Of a DNA stretch of 64,000 bases, positions 59,028 through 64,000 are shown piece by piece. The first letter of the stretch is position 1. Each line of letters opens with the position of its first letter. The stretch spans positions 32,001-96,000 of the forward strand of contig JBNKBE010000014.1 of NCBI GenBank assembly GCA_050287085.1, read 5' to 3'. The notes under the pieces were generated by a model, which saw nothing but the letters and a program-made list of their open reading frames with translations, had not been told where the DNA came from and searched no databases. Made by a program: the position numbers and the translations under genes. Origin of the DNA: Polyangiaceae bacterium. Lineage in GTDB: Bacteria; Myxococcota_A; Polyangia; Polyangiales; Polyangiaceae.

Positions 59028-60410
59028 TCAAGGTTCTTTGCATTGTACCGACAATTGCTTCTGCGCTCGGGCCTCGTCGGCCGCCGGCGGCAAGCGTCGA
59101 GGGGGCACCGCTCGCCTCCCGCCCGGAGCCCCGCTGCCCCGCTGAGGAATGCGGTAGGTCTTGCGAGCCATGATCTTGGTTGACCGAAGCCCATTGGCTC
59201 GCTGAATAGCTCGCACCGTCGTGCCGTAGCGTTTGGCCAAACCAATGAGCGTCTCCCCTTTGCGAACTCGATGCTGCACATAGTGTACGGGCGGCTTTAC
59301 GAGGCCACGGCTGAGCAAGGCCTTGTAGGCGAGGCGTCCGCCCTCCTCCGCTCGCGGACTGTAGAATCGCACGTGGAGATGCGTCGCATGGCCCGGCTCA
59401 TGGCGGATGAGGGGCGGCTCCCCCTCTGCGCCGTCGAATATGCTGTGGAGCCACCCCTCAGACTCTCCGTGGCTCGCTGCGTACTCGCGAAGCCAGCCTT
59501 GAACAGTTCGATCGAGCAGGATGAAGCGCACGTCGGTATACACGATCAGCGCCTTGACCAAGTCCCACGTCAATTCGAGGTCCAGGTTCTGTTGGGTGGC
59601 TCGCTGATACCAACCGCTGCCGTCGGAGTAGTAGAAGCCAAGGTCAACATCGCGGCCGCTCTGATGGCTCTTATGCGGCCGCAGCTTGCCTCCGCGCGGA
59701 CCCGAGATGTGCCCCACGGCAAGAGGCGGCGCCTCCGAATGACGACGCCTCACCTCCGCCAGCGCGCGGGTCAGGTATCCGATCGTTTCCTCGGTACCGT
59801 AGGCGTGAGAGGAATCCACTAGCTCCCAGCAAGGACTCGTCGGCAGCCCCACCCCGTTGATCAGCACACCGCCGTTGGGCGGCCCCACGCTCAAGCTCCC
59901 CACCGAGCTCAGATCGTCCCGGATGCGAGCCGCAATCGCGTCGCCGTCGAGCTGCGCCAGCGGATGAGGTCCCCGCGAGGGCGCCAAAGGCCCGCAGAGC
60001 TCCGCGGCAGGCTCGGGAGGGAGCGGCGGTACAGGGCTCGAAGTGCCCCCAATCGGCATCGCAGCGGGCTCAGTAGCCGTCCGGTCGGTCGTGGGTGGAG
60101 CGACCTCTCCGGACGCGTAGGAAATCCTGTCGGAAAACCCAACTTTCGCCGGCGTGGCGGCCTTCGAAGCGCACCCGACCAACCCTAGTACAAGCAGCGC
60201 CCCCCCGAGAGCGGGGTGCAGGCAAGTTTCTAACACATCAGAAAACTTCAAGACGGCCTCGTTGAGAGATTCGCGTTTTGCCGGAAGCAAGTCAAAAAGC
60301 GGCGCTTGTGCCTCCGCGCCCGAGTACAAGTGGGGTCGGACGCAGCACTTGGAAACACGATACGGATAGCCTAGGCCACACAAAAGATGCCAACTGTTCG
60401 CCGGGACCAA
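59028..60410 (-). CDS. Penicillin-insensitive murein endopeptidase (MepA-like) with LysM domain
   Basis: HKSHQSGRDVD, HATHLHVR; LysM HRVRKGETL..LAKRYGTTV..I...NGL; lipobox LVGC implies a later real start (~60251). Confidence 0.88.
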   Translation of the reverse strand: MVPANSWHLLCGLGYPYRVSKCCVRPHLYSGAEAQAPLFDLLPAKRESLNEAVLKFSDVLETCLHPALGGALLVLGLVGCASKAATPAKVGFSDRISYASGEVAPPTTDRTATEPAAMPIGGTSSPVPPLPPEPAAELCGPLAPSRGPHPLAQLDGDAIAARIRDDLSSVGSLSVGPPNGGVLINGVGLPTSPCWELVDSSHAYGTEETIGYLTRALAEVRRRHSEAPPLAVGHISGPRGGKLRPHKSHQSGRDVDLGFYYSDGSGWYQRATQQNLDLELTWDLVKALIVYTDVRFILLDRTVQGWLREYAASHGESEGWLHSIFDGAEGEPPLIRHEPGHATHLHVRFYSPRAEEGGRLAYKALLSRGLVKPPVHYVQHRVRKGETLIGLAKRYGTTVRAIQRANGLRSTKIMARKTYRIPQRGSGAPGGRRAVPPRRLPPAADEARAQKQLSVQCKEP

Positions 60411-60494
60411 CTTCAGTCAGCAATAGTGTCCCGAAAAAGCGACGAGGGCCCGGACCGTATCGCGGGCCGTGATGAGGTTGAAGGGTAGAGCGCA

Positions 60495-62090
60495 ATGACG
60501 ACTAGTGAAGAGAATCCCCAGGCAAGAGGCCCAGCGGGAGTTTTGCACAGCAAGAATCCCGGCAGCGACCCTTTCCAGGCTGCGGCCGAGGCGCGAGGCT
60601 CGACACATGCACCGTTTCGTTCGCAGCTACGCGATCCCCGGCACAGACTCGCTTCGGAGTTATTCGCGGAAGCATTCACAACGGATGCACGCATGGCAAG
60701 GGGATTGCTCGCGCTCGTGCCACTCCGGCACCTCATGGAGGCTCTTGCAGAACGCGAGGATCTGCGCGTGCGCTTGTTGGTGGAGGCGACGGGTACGCAT
60801 CCGAGGATCGCGGCGAGGAAATCTAGCGCTTCGGCCTCCGAAGATCTGCAGCTGGCGCTGGATGAAGGCACAGCGCGACCTGAACGCCTCGTGTCCCTGC
60901 TGAACGCCGACGAGTGGGCCAGCGTGCTCGGCATTGCCAGACTCTGGAACTTGATGGCAAGTGAAGGCGGCTGGCTTCGCCCCAAAGAAGAGAACGACGC
61001 TTTGGAGCGGGCCCGACATGTGGTCGACAAGGCGGTGCAGCTAGGGTTGCTCGATCGACGCGACATCGCCCTCGGCCTTCCCCTGTCGGAGGTAACGGCA
61101 CGGCTCAACAGTCATCAGATGCGAAATGCGCTGCAGGCGGCCCTCACTGACGGCCGCGCAGGCATGCCCTTCACCGTCGAGCGCCTGTGTGACGTCGCGG
61201 GCTACGATGCGCTTGCCGCCAACCTGTCAGCCAGAGTGCTATGGGAGACGGTCATCGAAGCGCGCCTTGCCCCGACAGCCTCCCCAGCAGCCTCCCCGGT
61301 ACGCGCAAAAGCCACTCCGACGGCCACGTTGGGTGGGGGGAACCCAGGCAACGCGGCGGCCCCAAAGCCCGAGCTCGCAGCGGCCCCGGCACGGCCCGCA
61401 GCCACAACGATATTCGGCCACCCCTTGGCCCCCCCGGGCGTGGCCGAGGACGACGCGGACTCCGATCTGGCCCCCCCGACGCCGAGGCGTCCCCCTGTCA
61501 AGCCTCATCCGGCCCCGCCGGCCCCGCCAGCCCCATCGCTACCGCCTCCCGCTTTGGCGCGAACCCAGTCCGAGCTGCTCGATGACTCCCTCGACGATAG
61601 CCTCATCGAGGTCGACAGTCCGACACCGGAACCCGCGGCTCGCCACCGCCCACCACCCCCACCGTCCCGTCGCCCTTCTATTGTCCCCAGCTCACCTCCG
61701 CGAGAACTCGCAGCGGTCTGTGAACGACTCGGTGCTCTGGGCCGCCTGCCGCGCAATGCTCTCCAAATGCCAGTGTCGCTGCTGACGGCGATCGAAGGAA
61801 TGTATAGCAAGCTCATGGTCACCGAAGATGCGGCGGACCAACTGGCTGCCATGCAGCAAGCCTTTCCCAACGAAGTGTTTCAGAAGGAAGCCATGTTGGA
61901 ACTGCTCAAGCTGCACGACCCGAATATCATCAACAACAATCCGAGCATTGCTGACGAAAGCGCCGACTCCCTCGCCATTCGCCTGCTAACCGAGGAACGT
62001 CAACGCTCGCGAGCGGCTGCCCCTCGAGCGTCGATGGCCGTGCCGAAGGCGCCGAGCAACACCCTAGCGTCCGCGCACCGAGCCTCTTGA
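60495..62090 (+). CDS. Hypothetical protein, helical domains joined by a Pro-rich linker
   Basis: 531 aa ORF with internal repeat and long Pro/Ala linker. Confidence 0.7.
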   Translation: MTTSEENPQARGPAGVLHSKNPGSDPFQAAAEARGSTHAPFRSQLRDPRHRLASELFAEAFTTDARMARGLLALVPLRHLMEALAEREDLRVRLLVEATGTHPRIAARKSSASASEDLQLALDEGTARPERLVSLLNADEWASVLGIARLWNLMASEGGWLRPKEENDALERARHVVDKAVQLGLLDRRDIALGLPLSEVTARLNSHQMRNALQAALTDGRAGMPFTVERLCDVAGYDALAANLSARVLWETVIEARLAPTASPAASPVRAKATPTATLGGGNPGNAAAPKPELAAAPARPAATTIFGHPLAPPGVAEDDADSDLAPPTPRRPPVKPHPAPPAPPAPSLPPPALARTQSELLDDSLDDSLIEVDSPTPEPAARHRPPPPPSRRPSIVPSSPPRELAAVCERLGALGRLPRNALQMPVSLLTAIEGMYSKLMVTEDAADQLAAMQQAFPNEVFQKEAMLELLKLHDPNIINNNPSIADESADSLAIRLLTEERQRSRAAAPRASMAVPKAPSNTLASAHRAS

Positions 62091-62100
62091 TCGGCAAACC

Positions 62101-62898
62101 ATGTTCAGCAAACCACCGTTCGCTCGCGTTCGGTCGGTGATTTTTGCGCTAGGCGCATTCCGTACTTTCGTGAGATCGGTATCTACAATGACATTGCCAC
62201 ACAAAGCCGCAACAGGCCGTGCAAGCCGTCACGCCGCGGGCCTCCGCCGGGCTCGCATCGCAGTTGCGTATTCAAGCCTGCACTCGTCAATCCGCGCACG
62301 AAACGCTGTGCTTTGCGCGGCTGCGATGGCCGCTAGCGCGTGCGCCGGAGAGCTGGTGGAGCAGGACACGGAGTCCGGGACGGGCTCAGCCTACGCGAAC
62401 ATCAACTACTGGCAAGACGCGCGCAAACCCAATGCTCTGGGGGCGCCCGCCCACCCAGAGGCGACCCGCCTAGACGGCAGCCGCTTTGAGGGAGCTCCGG
62501 TCGGTGCGGCTGGAGCTAACGGCACGGGTACACCTGCCGCAGGCCAGTGCGGCGACATTCCCGCGGAATGTCAGGGAGAAGCCCCCCTGGCCCTACTGGC
62601 TTCCGCCGCCTGCGGGGGGGCTGCCTGTCATGGTAGCCCAGGAACCATGGGCGCTTTCGTCGATCTCGGCTACGACCAGGTCGATCTCGTTCAGCGACTC
62701 GCCATGACCATGGGAACAGGTATGTGTGCCACCTTCCCGTTGGTGGACGCCAGCAACCCAGCCGACAGTCTCCTGCTACAAAAGATCGACGGGCGCGTTC
62801 CGTGCGGCTCCGCCATGCCCATAGGGCGAACCCTGTCGGACGCGCAAATCAGTTGCCTCAAAGCTTGGGTCCTCCAAGAGGTCGGAGCTTGCCTGTGA
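62101..62898 (+). CDS. Lipoprotein with atypical cytochrome c-like motif (CX4CH)
   Basis: Lipobox AASAC; CGGAACH at 62611-62631; SLLLQKI...GSAMP...LS..QI..LKAWV; start uncertain. Confidence 0.6.
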   Translation: MFSKPPFARVRSVIFALGAFRTFVRSVSTMTLPHKAATGRASRHAAGLRRARIAVAYSSLHSSIRARNAVLCAAAMAASACAGELVEQDTESGTGSAYANINYWQDARKPNALGAPAHPEATRLDGSRFEGAPVGAAGANGTGTPAAGQCGDIPAECQGEAPLALLASAACGGAACHGSPGTMGAFVDLGYDQVDLVQRLAMTMGTGMCATFPLVDASNPADSLLLQKIDGRVPCGSAMPIGRTLSDAQISCLKAWVLQEVGACL

Positions 62899-64000
62899 CG
62901 CCTCGTATCGTTTTCCCTGCTGTCCTGCTGACCGCCATGGCGTCATGGCTCGTGCCGGGGATGGCTTACTCACAGCCAACCGCCACCGACGCCGTCATCG
63001 AGGAAACCGAGGACGCGCCGCCCGCCGGGGCCAATGCGTTGCTGCTACTGCCTCTCAAGGGCCCGCGAGGCCAGACGATCGGTGGCGAGGTGCGCAAAGC
63101 GCTAGCCAAGGCCGACGTCCTACTCGCGCCTCCGAAGTTCGAAGGCAAGTCCGAGTTCGGCGACGCCCCGGAGGCCTACGTCGAGTTCGCCCGGCAAACG
63201 GGCCTGCGAGGTTATGTTCAGGGTCAGGTCGTTCTTAAGAAGTATAAGTGGATTCTACAGCTTCAGGTTCGCTCCGCACACGATGGCGTGGTTGTGAGCG
63301 AAACCACTCTCGAGAGCAAGTCCCTCCCGGGCATCTTACGAGAAATCCGGAAACAAGGAGCGGAGCAGCTTGCACCCCTGATCGCAAAGACTCAGGTCGT
63401 GCCCAAGGCGGAAGCGGTTCCGGTGATGGACAATACGCCACCGCCCGCACCCGAGGCGGTGCATACATCGGCGCCCTCGCCGCTCGAAGCTCGAGCAGGC
63501 GCGGCCTTCGTCGTCCGGAACTTCAGCTACAGCGACCCGGTGGCAGACTCCTATGAGTACGCCCTGGTACCACACTCCAACGTCGGGCTCCCCATGCCGG
63601 TCCTGCAAGTCCGCTGGTTTCCGGGCGCCCACTTCACGGATGACCTATGGGCCCATATTGGCCTGGACTTGGCGTTTCGCCGTAGTCTTTTCGGCAACAC
63701 ACTGATCCTTGGTGACTCCTTCGCCACCACATTTCAGGAAATTCTCTATGGCCTACGTGGCCGCGTCCCCCTCGGTGAGCACGAGCTTGGTGTGGGACTG
63801 GGTCTGGGAACTCAGTCGCTGACGGTTGAAGGGGACAATGGACGCCCGCCCGACATGGCAGCTGCTCAAGAAAGCGACCCCGGCATTCTTCCCGACGTCA
63901 CCTACTACGTGCTCCGCGTGGGGCTAGACGCGCGCATCGTGGTCGAAGATTGGTTGTATCTCTACCCGTCGCTCTACGTGCGCACGGCCAGCCTTTCCAA
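62895..64000 (+). CDS. Exported protein, probable outer-membrane beta-barrel C-terminus (truncated by window end)
   Basis: Not in the ORF track; GTG overlaps the upstream TGA; reads MTPRIVFPAVLLTAMASWLVPGMAYSQ... open to the window end; alternating beta-strand pattern after ~63480. Confidence 0.7.
   Translation, partial: MTPRIVFPAVLLTAMASWLVPGMAYSQPTATDAVIEETEDAPPAGANALLLLPLKGPRGQTIGGEVRKALAKADVLLAPPKFEGKSEFGDAPEAYVEFARQTGLRGYVQGQVVLKKYKWILQLQVRSAHDGVVVSETTLESKSLPGILREIRKQGAEQLAPLIAKTQVVPKAEAVPVMDNTPPPAPEAVHTSAPSPLEARAGAAFVVRNFSYSDPVADSYEYALVPHSNVGLPMPVLQVRWFPGAHFTDDLWAHIGLDLAFRRSLFGNTLILGDSFATTFQEILYGLRGRVPLGEHELGVGLGLGTQSLTVEGDNGRPPDMAAAQESDPGILPDVTYYVLRVGLDARIVVEDWLYLYPSLYVRTASLS

Noticed and set aside
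8202..60410. A single peptidoglycan-recycling locus (AmpG-like, two SLTs, dapA, MepA)
   Set aside because: The genes are scattered over 50 kb in separate transcription units; no evidence of co-regulation
1..64000. CRISPR arrays, IS elements, prophage, or a defence island around the WYL gene
   Set aside because: No spaced repeats, transposase, integrase or phage genes seen; the WYL neighbours are signalling and transport genes

Overview
High-GC chromosomal window with about 45 densely packed CDS on both strands. The gene content points to a myxobacterium, probably Polyangiales-like (inference): an FHA-DUF4388 protein, a eukaryote-like Ser/Thr kinase, a 2.6 kaa TPR protein, fibro-slime and Dictyostelium-type Cys-repeat lipoproteins, and a giant metalloprotease lipoprotein. 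Housekeeping genes are gltX, speA, carB, dapA, ribA, cyoE, ccmB, tatA and mlaE. Peptidoglycan-turnover genes are an AmpG-like MFS, two lytic transglycosylases and MepA-LysM. I saw no rRNA, tRNA, CRISPR array, transposase or integrase. The most interesting signals are: (1) a ribA / reductase-only RibD / flippase-like / MDR dehydrogenase / sulfatase-like membrane protein / radical SAM cluster that does not look like a riboflavin operon, with a 35-codon coupled micro-ORF resembling a decayed QueD-like gene; (2) about ten genes with TAnnnT 6-8 nt before the start codon and no SD, suggesting pervasive leaderless mRNAs; (3) an orphan FliJ/SctO-like gene coupled to an Slt70-like transglycosylase; (4) a CX4CH cytochrome-like lipoprotein coupled to a putative outer-membrane barrel; (5) probable pseudo-enzymes. 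All calls come from motif recognition by eye; no database searches were run.
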